DNA of 64,000 nt from an uncultured Bradyrhizobium sp. (GCA_964423245.1 CAYREH010000002.1:225191-289190), one strand, 5' to 3'; counted from the stretch's first letter, positions 39,721 to 49,374 are shown. Notes: generated from the sequence alone by a model not told the origin. Numbers and translations: made by a program.

Positions 39721-40128
39721 TCTTCGTGGACGGCGGACCGCTATGCCGACCCACGTGGGGGCGGCGGGCCACGGTGAGAGACGAATCCTTCGCAATCCGC
39801 CTTTCGGTTTCGCCGGGACGAGGGATACCGGCGAAAGTGTGGAACCGTCCTCTCCCGCGGGGAATGCAGCTTAGAATGCTCCGATCTTCTAAGTTCACTT
39901 TGCGGGATGTCTCGTCTCCCGAACTTCTCGAGAAGACGCTGCACTTGCTCCACGTCGTAGTCGCCGCGGAAACGTCGGATCGGCGGCTGCCGCCGTTTGA
40001 TCGGCGATCTCTACCTGGGTTTCGCGCCGGGCGAAGGCGGATCCAATGCAAGGACCGCCGACTCCAGCTTCGTCGCAGTTTCGATCAATGCAGCCAGAAG
40101 CTTCACGGCGAGACCGCCTTGATTCATC

Positions 40129-40344
40129 TCAAGGGCGCATGAACGCGAAGTCGGTGTCCGGATCGCGATTGTCCGCAGCGAAGCGGAGTTCGGCCTGCAC
40201 ATCGGGCAGGTAACGCGTCCTCAGGTATTCGGACACGACCAGGCCGAGCAGTGCACGGCACAGGCCGTCGCGGTCGAGGCTGGCCGCATCGGCTTGATCG
40301 AGGGCGGCATCGAAATGATGCCTGGCGACATCCGACGCCGACAT
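40129..40344 (-). CDS. Small hypothetical protein
   Basis: MSASDVARHHF..VVSEYL..ELRF.ADN.DPDTDFAFMRP. Confidence 0.7.
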   Translation of the reverse strand: MSASDVARHHFDAALDQADAASLDRDGLCRALLGLVVSEYLRTRYLPDVQAELRFAADNRDPDTDFAFMRP

Positions 40345-40355
40345 TTCGGGTTCCC

Positions 40356-40538
40356 CTATCGGTTCTCGGCCTGCGCCGAGCAACAGGAACAGCAGTTCGG
40401 CTTGGCCCCGGTTACGACCGTCGCGGGAACCTCGTCTTCGATGCGGCGGAGGAGGTCAGTGACCACGGTCTCGACGAGCTTGCGCTCGATCCCGCTTTCG
40501 TTCCGGTCTCTCCCGCGTAGTCTCTCGAAAATCCGCAT
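40356..40538 (-). CDS. 60-aa protein with C-terminal CCSCC
   Basis: GGAGG RBS and FixK box at appropriate distance upstream. Confidence 0.55.
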   Translation of the reverse strand: MRIFERLRGRDRNESGIERKLVETVVTDLLRRIEDEVPATVVTGAKPNCCSCCSAQAENR

Positions 40539-40590
40539 CCCGTCCTCCGTTGGCGACGGCCGGAAGATAGATGACGCGCGGACCCGTTCT

Positions 40591-40604
40591 TTGTCGCGGA
40601 TCAA
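40591..40604 (-). promoter_or_regulatory. FixK box
   Basis: TTGATCCGCGACAA on minus strand. Confidence 0.68.
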
Positions 40605-40629
40605 ACAGATGGACGAAGGAGGCGCTAGT

Positions 40630-40643
40630 TTGCGCCCCAACAA
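40630..40643 (+). promoter_or_regulatory. NnrR/FixK box upstream of nnrS
   Basis: TTGCGCCCCAACAA. Confidence 0.7.
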
Positions 40644-40699
40644 AGAGAGGCCGACGGTCCGCGTCTAGTTTGGCGTCGATACGATCGGGCAGGACGCAA

Positions 40700-41878
40700 A
40701 TGGCGACGATGCAGAAATTGAGGGACTATCGAGGACCGGCGCTTCTGTCGCACGGCTTCCGGCCGTTCTTCTTGTTCGCCGCCGTCTATGCCGGCGCGGC
40801 GATTCCGCTCTGGCTGGCGATGTTCGCCGGCAATGTTTCGCTGCCGACGGCGTTCGCTCCACGGGACTGGCACGTCCATGAGATGCTGTTCGGCTATGTG
40901 AGCGCCGTCGTGGCCGGCTTCCTGTTGACCGCGATCCCCAACTGGACGGGACGGTTGCCGATCCAGGGGACGCCGCTTGCGGTATTGTTCGGATCCTGGG
41001 TCGCTGGAAGAGCCGCGACGTCGTTCTCCGATGTGATCGGCTGGCGCTTCGCGCTCGCGATCGACGCGGCCTTCTTGGTTCTTCTCGCGGCGGCGGCCGC
41101 GCGGGAAATCGTCGCCGGACGCAAGTGGAACAACCTGAAGGTCGTCGCGATCGTCTCGCTGCTCGCGGTCACGAATATCGTCTTCCACCTCGAGGCCCAT
41201 ATCACCGGGCTCGCGGAGTATTCGACGCGCGCCGGCGTCGCCCTTGTCGTCACGCTGGTCTGCGTCATCGGCGGCCGTATCGTGCCGAGCTTCACGCGCA
41301 ACTGGCTTGCCCGCCGAGCACCGGGACGGCTTCCGATTCCATTCAACCGTTTCGACGCCCTCGCGATGGTCGCCGGCGCCTGCGCCATGGCCGTATGGGT
41401 GGTCCATCCGACGGGCCGGGCGACCGCCGTCGCTCTCGCGGTCGCGGGCCTTCTCCATTTGGCTCGTCTGGTTCGCTGGGCCGGAGAGCGGACCTTCTCC
41501 GATCGCCTCGTCCTGATCCTGCACGTGGCATACGCCTTCGTGCCGGTCGGATTCTTCCTCTCCGCCCTCTCCGCGGTCGATCTCATCGCCCCAGGCGCGG
41601 GCGTGCACGCCTGGACCGGCGGCGCGATCGGATCGATGACGCTCGCCGTGATGACGCGTGCCTCGCTCGGACATACCGGCCAGGCGCTCGAGGCAACGGG
41701 GCTCGTTCAAGCCGTCTACGCGGCCATCGTGATCGCCGCTCTCGCCCGCGTCTGCGCGGCGATCGAGCCGAGTCACTCCGTCCCGCTGCTGACGGTATCC
41801 GGCATCGCGTGGACGTTCGCCTTCTTCGGCTTCGCGGTCGCCTACGCGCCGCTCCTCTGCCGGATACGGAAGTTCTGA
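40700..41878 (+). CDS. nnrS: NnrS family heme/copper membrane protein
   Basis: GFRPFFL, WHVHEMLFG, GFLLTAIPNWT, GGRIVPSFT, MTRASLGHTG. Confidence 0.95.
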   Translation: MATMQKLRDYRGPALLSHGFRPFFLFAAVYAGAAIPLWLAMFAGNVSLPTAFAPRDWHVHEMLFGYVSAVVAGFLLTAIPNWTGRLPIQGTPLAVLFGSWVAGRAATSFSDVIGWRFALAIDAAFLVLLAAAAAREIVAGRKWNNLKVVAIVSLLAVTNIVFHLEAHITGLAEYSTRAGVALVVTLVCVIGGRIVPSFTRNWLARRAPGRLPIPFNRFDALAMVAGACAMAVWVVHPTGRATAVALAVAGLLHLARLVRWAGERTFSDRLVLILHVAYAFVPVGFFLSALSAVDLIAPGAGVHAWTGGAIGSMTLAVMTRASLGHTGQALEATGLVQAVYAAIVIAALARVCAAIEPSHSVPLLTVSGIAWTFAFFGFAVAYAPLLCRIRKF

Positions 41879-41880
41879 TC

Positions 41881-43218
41881 ATGATCGGTGCCAGCATATC
41901 CCGATGGACGATGACCTACTTCGCGGTGGCGCTCGCGTGGTTGTTCGTCGCGCTCGCCCTGATGATCGCCGGCATCGGCTATCCGGCCGCCGACATCGCG
42001 TCGCCGGACACGCTCGTTCTTGTTCACGCGGTCTGCATCGGATGGTTGAGCCTGGCGATGTGCGGCGCTCTGTTCCAATTCGTCCCGGTCCTCGTCGCGA
42101 GGCCTCTGTTCTCGGAGAGGGCTGCGCTCCCTGCGCTGCTGCTGTTGACCGCGGGACTTTGCGCCTTGATCGCCGGTTTCCTGTCTCTCGGCGGACGTCT
42201 TCCGCCGGCGCTCTGGCTGCTGCCGCTGGGGGCCGTTCTGCTCGTCGCGGGATTCGGTTTGGTCGTCGTCGACCTGGGGCTCACGGCTTGGCTGCGGCCG
42301 ACGGGGCCGGCGCGCTTCGTCCTCGCCGGATTGGCGTCGCTCGTCGCAACCGCCCTCTTCGGAAGCGTCTTCGCGTTCGCCTTGGACGGAGGGGCCGGAT
42401 CGTTCGGCGAGGCGGTTCTCGAAAACGGGGTTCCGCTGCATGCCATAGCGGGTCTCGGTGGCTGGCTGACCTTGACGGCGATGGGCGTGAGTTACCGGCT
42501 GCTGTCGATGTTCATGCTGTCTCCGGACGCCGACGACCGTCGGACCAAGGTCACGCTGGCCGTCGGCGCGCTCGCCGTCGTGGTGACGGTGGGGGGCGGA
42601 GCGCTCGCGATCGGCTTCCCGTCCGGCCTGAACGTCGTCCTCTCGGTCGCTGCCATTCTTGGTCTCTTGTGCGCGACCCTTTACGGGCGCGACGTCGCCG
42701 GCATCTTCCGCGCCCGGAAGCGCAGGCAACTCGAACTCAACATGCGAATGGCGACGCTGTCCTTCCTGAGTCTGGCCGCGTCCGCTTTCCTGGGCGTCTG
42801 CCTCGTCGCGGCGGGCGCTTTCGCCGCGTATCTCGGTGCCTTCGCATTCGTCGCCGTCTTCGGCTGGCTCTCGGGTCTGGTGCTCGCCAAGCTATACAAG
42901 ATAGTCGCCTTCCTGACCTGGTTAGAGACGTACGGTCCGGTCATGGGCAGGGCGCCGACGCCGCGGGTTCAGGACCTCGTCGCGGAAGGGCGGGCGACGA
43001 AGTGGTTCGTGATCTACTATCTGTCGGTCTGGGCCGGGACGCTGTCGCTGCTCGCCGCCCAGCCGTTCGCCTTCCGCATCGCGGCGGCGGCCATGAGCGT
43101 CGGCGTCGTCGGCATCGTCCGCGAAGTCGTCCGGATCCGGAGACTAGCCGACGTCGAAAGCCGGTTGCGGTTGCCCGCCGGTGCCGTAGCTCCATGTCTG
43201 TTGTTTGCACGAAACTGA
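41881..43218 (+). CDS. Uncharacterised approx. 12-TM protein with threefold internal repeat
   Basis: VHAVCIGW..GALFQFVP / LHAIAGLGGW..GVSYRLLSMF / FGW..KLYKIVAFLTW. Confidence 0.85.
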   Translation: MIGASISRWTMTYFAVALAWLFVALALMIAGIGYPAADIASPDTLVLVHAVCIGWLSLAMCGALFQFVPVLVARPLFSERAALPALLLLTAGLCALIAGFLSLGGRLPPALWLLPLGAVLLVAGFGLVVVDLGLTAWLRPTGPARFVLAGLASLVATALFGSVFAFALDGGAGSFGEAVLENGVPLHAIAGLGGWLTLTAMGVSYRLLSMFMLSPDADDRRTKVTLAVGALAVVVTVGGGALAIGFPSGLNVVLSVAAILGLLCATLYGRDVAGIFRARKRRQLELNMRMATLSFLSLAASAFLGVCLVAAGAFAAYLGAFAFVAVFGWLSGLVLAKLYKIVAFLTWLETYGPVMGRAPTPRVQDLVAEGRATKWFVIYYLSVWAGTLSLLAAQPFAFRIAAAAMSVGVVGIVREVVRIRRLADVESRLRLPAGAVAPCLLFARN

Positions 43219-43230
43219 AAGAGGACCCTC

Positions 43231-43740
43231 ATGACCCAGTATATCGACGTCGACGTCCGTCCCATTCTCCGCGCGGGCGGCGAGCCGTTCTCCGCGATCA
43301 TGTCGGCGCTGGATGGCCTCGCGCCGGGACAGGGCATGCGCCTCTACGCGACCTTCAAACCCATCCCGCTTTTCGGGGTAATGGAGAAGAAGGGTTTCGA
43401 GCACGCCGAGAAGGCGCTTGAGGGTGGCGAGTGGGAGGTCCTGTTCACGCCGGCCTATGCACCGAAAGAGGAGGCGGCGGCCACCGCCGTAGGCTCCGAT
43501 TTCGACGAGTGGCCGGAGCCGACCGTCTCGTTGGACGCCCGCGAGCTCGACCCTCCGGAGCCGATGGTCCGGATCCTCGCGGTGGCCGATAAGCTCAACC
43601 CCGGCGAAACCCTGTCCGCTCTGCTGCGCCGGGAGCCTGTCTTTCTGTTTCCGCAACTGGAAAAGCGTGGATTCCGCTGGCTCGGCGGCTTCACCCAGGA
43701 CGATACCACGTACGAGCTGACCGTCCGGGCCCCGTCATGA
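43231..43740 (+). CDS. Tandem DUF2249 (TusA-like fold) protein
   Basis: DVRP..GGEPF..P.PL..KKGF and LDARELDPPEPM..REPVFL..KRGF. Confidence 0.85.
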   Translation: MTQYIDVDVRPILRAGGEPFSAIMSALDGLAPGQGMRLYATFKPIPLFGVMEKKGFEHAEKALEGGEWEVLFTPAYAPKEEAAATAVGSDFDEWPEPTVSLDARELDPPEPMVRILAVADKLNPGETLSALLRREPVFLFPQLEKRGFRWLGGFTQDDTTYELTVRAPS

Positions 43741-44051
43741 CCGAGGAGCTTGTCGATCGCGTGCGCGACGCGCTGCGGGTCGTGATCGATCCGGAGCTCG
43801 GCGAGAACATCGTCGACCTCGGCTTCGTCTACGACATCGCTATCGATGCCGGTGCCGTCGAGATCACCATGACCGCCACGACCCCGGGATGCCCGGCGAC
43901 CGGTTTCCTGAAGGAGGGGGCGCAGGCGCCCGCTTCCGCCGTCCCAGGGGTCGTCCACGCCGACGTGACGATGACTTTCGAGCCGGCCTGGACTCCCGAC
44001 ATGATCGAGCCGGAGGTCAAGGCTTCGCTCGGATTCGCCGCCTTGAACTGA
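43737..44051 (+). CDS. SufT/DUF59 metal-sulfur cluster assembly factor
   Basis: VIDPELGENIVDLG, MTATTPGCP, FEPAWTP; ATGA overlap. Confidence 0.9.
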   Translation: MTEELVDRVRDALRVVIDPELGENIVDLGFVYDIAIDAGAVEITMTATTPGCPATGFLKEGAQAPASAVPGVVHADVTMTFEPAWTPDMIEPEVKASLGFAALN

Positions 44052-44096
44052 TTTCCCGCCGACCCGACCACCGGGACGGCGCGTTCGTCGGCGAGT

Positions 44097-44110
44097 TTGC
44101 GCCCCGACAA
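44097..44110 (+). promoter_or_regulatory. NnrR/FixK box upstream of sORF-ccoG
   Basis: TTGCGCCCCGACAA, one base from the nnrS box. Confidence 0.7.
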
Positions 44111-44176
44111 CGTAGCGGTCGCGCGGATCTGAGAGCTTGCCTGCAGCGGGGCGACGGTCCCTGCCTGAGGGGCGCC

Positions 44177-44248
44177 ATGTTCCATGTGATTTCGCAGGCC
44201 ATCATGGCCGCGGCCCAGGCTTTCCCCGGCTTCGGCACAGCGAACTGA
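44177..44248 (+). CDS. Putative 23-aa peptide
   Basis: MFHVISQAIMAAAQAFPGFGTAN; GAGGGG RBS; stop 7 nt before ccoG. Confidence 0.4.
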   Translation: MFHVISQAIMAAAQAFPGFGTAN

Positions 44249-44255
44249 CCGCGCC

Positions 44256-45701
44256 ATGGTCCTGACAATCGAGATCGACCACGCCAAGACCCGAGCCAAG
44301 ACCAGGGCCAAGACCAGGGCCAAGGCCGCGGCTGGCGCGGGACAGCCCGTCGTGCCCCAGTCCGTCAAGGGACCGATCCGCCGGATCAAGTGGGCGATCC
44401 TCCTGCTGACCCTGTCCATTTACTACGTCACGCCGTTTCTCCGCTGGGACCGCGGACCGAACGCGCCCGACCAAGCGGTCTTGCTCGATTTCGCCAACGG
44501 GCGCCTATATGCGTTCTTCGTCGAGCTCTGGCCGCAGGATCTCTATCTGGTCACGGGGCTGATGGTGCTGGCCGCGACGGTCCTGATCCTGACGAACGCC
44601 CTGGCCGGCCGCCTGTGGTGCGGTTTCGCCTGTCCGCAGACGGTCTGGACCGACCTGTTCCTGCTGGTCGAGCGGCTGATCGAGGGCGACCGCCGCCTGC
44701 GCCTGAAGAATATGGGCGCACCCCTTACGCCGAAGCGTGCGTTCCAGATCGTCGCCAAGCACGCGGCCTGGCTGCTGATCTCCTTCGCGACCGGCGGGAC
44801 GCTCATCTTCTACTTCACCGACGCGCCGGACCTGCTGCGAGGCTTCGCGTCCGGAGACGTGTCCGCGAACGCGCTGACCTGGATCGTCGTCTTCGCGGGC
44901 ACCACCTACGGCCTCGCCGGCTTCGCGCGGGATCAGGTCTGCACCTTCATGTGTCCGTGGCCGCGACTGCAGGGCGCGATCTGGGATCCGGAAGCCTACA
45001 CCGTGAATTACCGCGACTATCGCGGCGAGGAGCGCGTATCGGCGAAGAAGGCCGCCGAGCTCCGCCTGCAGGGCAAGCCGGCCGGCGACTGCGTCGATTG
45101 CGGGCAGTGCGTCGCCGTCTGTCCGATCGGCATCGATATCCGCGAGGGGCCGAACTTCGCGTGCATCAATTGCGGTCTCTGCGTCGACGCCTGCGACGGA
45201 GTGATGGCCAAGCTCGGTCGTCCCCGAGGTCTCATCGACTACGAAAGCTGGAACAACATCGAACGCGGACGCGTCCGGCAGGCGCCCGTCAATCGCCTGG
45301 TGCGCCCCAAGACGCTTGGACTTGCCGCTGCGTGTCTGGCGCTGGCGGGCGCCATCGCGATCGGGTTCGAGGCCAAGACCAGCGCCGCGCTTTCCGTGCA
45401 GCACGACCGGGATCCGGTCGCGGTCCGGCTTTCCGACGGCAAGGTGCGCAACGCCTACACCGTCAAGCTGCTCAACAAATCGTCGATGCCTCACGCGTAC
45501 ACGCTGTCCGTCGACGTCGATGCGAAGCTCGCCATCGTCGGCAACGACGGATCGGGGCCGATCAAAGTGGGTCCCGACGCTTCCGAAGCGCTCAGGGTGA
45601 CGTTGACGGCGGCATCCGCGCGGGGGGAGGTCGTGTTCACGGCGCGCGACGAGACCGGCGCCACCGTGCTCACGGCCAAAGACCGTTTCGTCGAGCACTG
45701 A
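44256..45701 (+). CDS. ccoG: CcoG/FixG polyferredoxin membrane protein
   Basis: GRLWCGFACPQT, C.FMCPWPR, CVDCGQCVAVCP, CINCGLCVDAC. Confidence 0.93.
   Translation: MVLTIEIDHAKTRAKTRAKTRAKAAAGAGQPVVPQSVKGPIRRIKWAILLLTLSIYYVTPFLRWDRGPNAPDQAVLLDFANGRLYAFFVELWPQDLYLVTGLMVLAATVLILTNALAGRLWCGFACPQTVWTDLFLLVERLIEGDRRLRLKNMGAPLTPKRAFQIVAKHAAWLLISFATGGTLIFYFTDAPDLLRGFASGDVSANALTWIVVFAGTTYGLAGFARDQVCTFMCPWPRLQGAIWDPEAYTVNYRDYRGEERVSAKKAAELRLQGKPAGDCVDCGQCVAVCPIGIDIREGPNFACINCGLCVDACDGVMAKLGRPRGLIDYESWNNIERGRVRQAPVNRLVRPKTLGLAAACLALAGAIAIGFEAKTSAALSVQHDRDPVAVRLSDGKVRNAYTVKLLNKSSMPHAYTLSVDVDAKLAIVGNDGSGPIKVGPDASEALRVTLTAASARGEVVFTARDETGATVLTAKDRFVEH
44283..44324 (+). repeat. 12-bp in-frame tandem repeat (AKTR x3.5) in ccoG
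   Basis: GCCAAGACCCGA GCCAAGACCAGG GCCAAGACCAGG GCCAAG. Confidence 0.85.
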
Positions 45702-45716
45702 CGAATCCGCTCGAGT

Positions 45717-45730
45717 TTGTGCAGCGTCAA
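45717..45730. promoter_or_regulatory. FixK box upstream of PCuAC gene
   Basis: TTGTGCAGCGTCAA. Confidence 0.65.
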
Positions 45731-45815
45731 CGTCGATAGCGGATGGATCTGCGACGTTGCGGACAGAAGCCGGGACGAACCACGTGTCTCGTTTCGGCGC
45801 ATCGGAGGTCGAACC

Positions 45816-46661
45816 ATGCTGCATCACGTTCCCAAGGTCATGATCGTCGTCGCGGCCGCTCTCGCGTTCGCCGGCTCCGCTCCCACCGCGGCTCACGACG
45901 TGACCGTCAGCCAGGCCTGGAGCCGCGCCAGCCCGAAGGGCGCCAAGGTCGCGGCCGGCTACATCGCCGTCGCGAACCATGGGACATCGGCAGACCGGCT
46001 TCTGTCGGCATCGAGCGCGGCCGCCGCAAAGGTCGAGATCCACCGAATGTCGATGCAGGACGGCATAATGACGATGCGTCCCGCCGAAGACGGACTGCCG
46101 ATCCCGCCGGATCAGACGGTCACCTTGGCGCCGGGCGACGATCACATCATGTTCGTCGGTCTGAACGCACCCTTCGAGGAAGGACAGCGCATCCCGGTCG
46201 CCTTGAGGTTCGAGCGCGCCGGACGGATCGACGTCGATTTCGACGTCGGGCCGGTCGGTGCGAAGGGACCGCGGCTGCAGATCGCTTCCAACGCGACGCA
46301 GGTCGCCGCCGCTCCGCCCCCCAAACCCGCGCCGGTGGACGAGCCGTTCTTCACGCACATCTGCGGAACGCGGGTCATGGCGGACGTCACCGTCACGCCG
46401 GGCCGCCACGGGCCCGTCGAGATCGTCGTGAAGCTGGAGGACGGCGACGAGAAGCCGCTTTCGGTCGACGCACTGTCGGTGACCCTGTCCAATCCGGACA
46501 AGAACGTCGCGCCGGTTGCCGCCGTCGCCGAACGACTGACTTCCGATACCTGGAAGGTCCGGATGACGACGGCGACGGACGGCAAATGGTCGCTGGCGCT
46601 CGGCATCGACGTGGCCCCGGGAGACCGGATCGACGTCGCGGCCCCGATCCTCATCGAATGA
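45816..46661 (+). CDS. PCu(A)C copper chaperone fused to a C-terminal YtkA/FixH-like domain
   Basis: Signal peptide; VEIHRM...MTM..L.PG..HIM; Pro linker; beta-rich tail. Confidence 0.85.
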   Translation: MLHHVPKVMIVVAAALAFAGSAPTAAHDVTVSQAWSRASPKGAKVAAGYIAVANHGTSADRLLSASSAAAAKVEIHRMSMQDGIMTMRPAEDGLPIPPDQTVTLAPGDDHIMFVGLNAPFEEGQRIPVALRFERAGRIDVDFDVGPVGAKGPRLQIASNATQVAAAPPPKPAPVDEPFFTHICGTRVMADVTVTPGRHGPVEIVVKLEDGDEKPLSVDALSVTLSNPDKNVAPVAAVAERLTSDTWKVRMTTATDGKWSLALGIDVAPGDRIDVAAPILIE

Positions 46662-46684
46662 TCTCTAGAAGAGGGTCCACCGCC

Positions 46685-47254
46685 ATGCCCACGCTTCGTT
46701 CCGATCCCGAGACCGCTTCGCCTCTCACGGCGCTCGTCTATCCGGACGCCGGCTATCCGGTTGCCGCGTTCGAGGCGCTCGTCGCGCGCTGTCGTCGCCA
46801 TGGGCTGTCGCTTGCAGGCGTCCTGCAGCACGTTTCCGACGCGACGCCCGACCGCCGTTGCGATGTGATCCTCGAGGACCTGTCGACCGGCCTCCGGTCG
46901 GCGATCTTCGAGAACCGCGGAGCGGGCGCGTCGTCCTGCAGGCTCGACGAATCCGCGCTCACCGGCGTTGCTGTCCGGATTGCGTCCGCGCTCGAGAGCG
47001 CTCCGGACGTCCTGGTGCTCAACAAATTCGGCAAGGCCGAGTGCGAAGGCCGAGGTCTGCGGCATCTGATCGCCGTCGCCCTTGATCGGGAGATTCCGGT
47101 CCTCATAGGCGTTCCGAAAGGCAATCTTTCCGCATGGCGCGGCTTCACCGGCGACCTCGGAACGGAAATCGAGGCCGAGGTCGGCGAGATCGAGCGCTGG
47201 GCGGAGCGACTACGTCCGAGCGCAGCCGTTTCCGCCGGGCTTATCGCCGAGTAG
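46685..47254 (+). CDS. DUF2478 (NTPase-like) protein
   Basis: G.GASSCRLD, VLNKFGKAECEGRG, PVLIGVP..W..FTG. Confidence 0.85.
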   Translation: MPTLRSDPETASPLTALVYPDAGYPVAAFEALVARCRRHGLSLAGVLQHVSDATPDRRCDVILEDLSTGLRSAIFENRGAGASSCRLDESALTGVAVRIASALESAPDVLVLNKFGKAECEGRGLRHLIAVALDREIPVLIGVPKGNLSAWRGFTGDLGTEIEAEVGEIERWAERLRPSAAVSAGLIAE

Positions 47255-47407
47255 CCTGCCCGTCCTGGGATTCAGGAAATGCAGCCGCGCGCAGGCCTGG
47301 CATGGCACTGCGACGAACGCGTCGTCTTGACGCGTCGCGCCGCCCCGATCGAGCCAATGCTGGACTGGTTGTTTGGTGATAGGGCAAACATACACGAAGA
47401 CGGTCAT
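47210..47407 (-). CDS. Small zinc-ribbon-like hypothetical protein
   Basis: FVYVCP.T...VQHW..V.CQACARLHFLNP.TG.LLG; FixK box upstream. Confidence 0.68.
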   Translation of the reverse strand: MTVFVYVCPITKQPVQHWLDRGGATRQDDAFVAVPCQACARLHFLNPRTGRLLGDKPGGNGCART

Positions 47408-47464
47408 GAAGGACTCGGGCGGACGCCGTCACCGCGAGTCTAGGGTGTGCGGAGGACGTCCGCT

Positions 47465-47478
47465 TTGAGGCGGCGCAA
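47465..47478. promoter_or_regulatory. FixK-type box
   Basis: TTGAGGCGGCGCAA. Confidence 0.55.
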
Positions 47479-47640
47479 ATCTCGACGGTCTAGCGGACCG
47501 GAAGATCCGTAAACGAACCGTTAAAATCAGAAGTAGCGAATGTATATTTTGCACCTCTGAGGTTGCGTTTCAGCAACGACGGAGGCGGTTCGGCGTGGAA
47601 CGCTGGCGCAAAGTCGTCACTCCATCCGAACGGAAACACC

Positions 47641-49374
47641 ATGTCGCGTATCCTCGCTCGCTTCCGCATATCGACCAAGCTGGTCGGTGCTTCGCTCGTC
47701 GGCATCTTCTTCGTCGCGGCGATGATCCTGAATCAGATATCCGGCAATGGCGGCGTCGAGCGGGGCATCACGAAGGCGATCGACCAGCAGGAGATGGCCA
47801 GACAAGCAGCCGACGCCAAGGGCGATGCGCGGCGGATGCAGGTGTTCGTCCGCGATCTTCGCTTGGCCAGAGCCGAAGCCGACATCAAGGCAGGCGAAGA
47901 CAGTCTAGTTGCGGCCGGCAGCGAGGCGGATCGACTGGCCGACGACATGTACCGCCGTTCCGTTTCCGCGGAGAACAAGACCCGGATACTGGAACTGCGG
48001 AAGCAGATCGACGCGTATACGGTGGCCGGACGGCGTGTCGCGGACAATCGGCGCAGGCTGATCGTTGCCCAAGAAGCCGGGCGCGTTCCCGAGATCGCAT
48101 CGCTGGAGGCGGAAGTGGCCGATATCGCGCGCACGGCTACCCTTCCTACCTCCGCGAAGATCGACGAGTTGACCGATAAAATCGTGAAGTTCGCTTCGTC
48201 GCGCGCCGAAAGCGAGAAGGTGGATATCATCACGGCGATGTCCGCCGCGGGAACGACCTCGGTCGTCGTAGGCGGGCTGGCGATCCTCGTTCTCATCGGC
48301 GCGGGATTGATGAGCGTTTTCGCGGTCTCGCGGCCGATCGGATCCATGGTCGCGGCCATGAAGGCGCTTGCGGAAGGAGACCTGTCCGTAGCTGTCGCCG
48401 GATTGGATCGCGGCGACGAGGTCGGCGACATGGCGCGCGTGACCCAGGCGTTCAAGGACAGCCTCGTCGAAACGCAGCGACTGAAGGCTGAACAGGCTGA
48501 GACGGAAGCCCGCTCCGCTGCGGAACGCAAGCGTGAAATGGCGCGATTCACGACGTCCTTCGAAGACGCGGTCGGCGGCATCATCGCGCGTGTCTCATCG
48601 AACTCCGCGAGCCTCGAACAGGCGGCCACCGCGCTCTCCGATACGGCGTCGTCCACCCGCGAACTGTCGACAACGGTCGCTTCCGCGTCGGAAGAGGCAT
48701 CGGCGAGCGTCCAATCGGTGGCTGCGGCGACGGAGGAGATGGCCGCGACCGCGGCCGAGATCGGCCGGCAGATCGAAGATTCTTCCAAAGTGGCGAAGGA
48801 CGCGGTCTCGCAGGCGGCCTCCACCGATCAGTCGATGGTCAGGCTCGCGGCCGCCGCCGATAAGGTCGGAAACATCGTCGGTATGATCACCGCCATCGCG
48901 GAACAGACAAATCTGCTGGCGCTCAACGCCACGATCGAGGCGGCGCGTGCGGGCGAAGCGGGGCGCGGCTTCGCCGTGGTGGCGACCGAAGTGAAGGGGC
49001 TCGCCGCGCAGACAGCGAACGCGACCAAGGAGATTTCGGGTCATGTCGCCGACATCCAGTCGACGGCGTCGGGCGCCGTCGCCGCGATCAAGGGCATTAT
49101 GGCGACGATCGACAACATGTCGGAAATCACCGGCGCCATCGCGGCCGCCGCCGAAGAGCAGGGCAACGCCACGCGGGAGATCTCGCGGAACGTGCAGCAG
49201 GCCGCGGTCGGCGCCACGCAGGTATCGTCCGGCATCGTCGAGGTCCAATCCGGCGCCACCGAGACCGGAGCGGCCTCCGCGCAGGTTCTGACCTCGGCCA
49301 AGTCTCTTTCCACCGACGGCCAACGGCTGAAACAGGAGGTCGAGGGCTTCCTCTCGCGGGTGCGGGCCGCATGA
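47641..49374 (+). CDS. Methyl-accepting chemotaxis protein
   Basis: Two TM, helical periplasmic domain, HAMP (DRGDEVG), [20 protein letters not shown]. Confidence 0.94.
   Translation: MSRILARFRISTKLVGASLVGIFFVAAMILNQISGNGGVERGITKAIDQQEMARQAADAKGDARRMQVFVRDLRLARAEADIKAGEDSLVAAGSEADRLADDMYRRSVSAENKTRILELRKQIDAYTVAGRRVADNRRRLIVAQEAGRVPEIASLEAEVADIARTATLPTSAKIDELTDKIVKFASSRAESEKVDIITAMSAAGTTSVVVGGLAILVLIGAGLMSVFAVSRPIGSMVAAMKALAEGDLSVAVAGLDRGDEVGDMARVTQAFKDSLVETQRLKAEQAETEARSAAERKREMARFTTSFEDAVGGIIARVSSNSASLEQAATALSDTASSTRELSTTVASASEEASASVQSVAAATEEMAATAAEIGRQIEDSSKVAKDAVSQAASTDQSMVRLAAAADKVGNIVGMITAIAEQTNLLALNATIEAARAGEAGRGFAVVATEVKGLAAQTANATKEISGHVADIQSTASGAVAAIKGIMATIDNMSEITGAIAAAAEEQGNATREISRNVQQAAVGATQVSSGIVEVQSGATETGAASAQVLTSAKSLSTDGQRLKQEVEGFLSRVRAA

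Noticed and set aside
39740..40127. Protein-like fragments (MNQGGLAVKLLAALIETA, GDYDVEQVQRLLEKFG)
   Set aside because: Split across frames and not assignable; possibly a relic but unsupported
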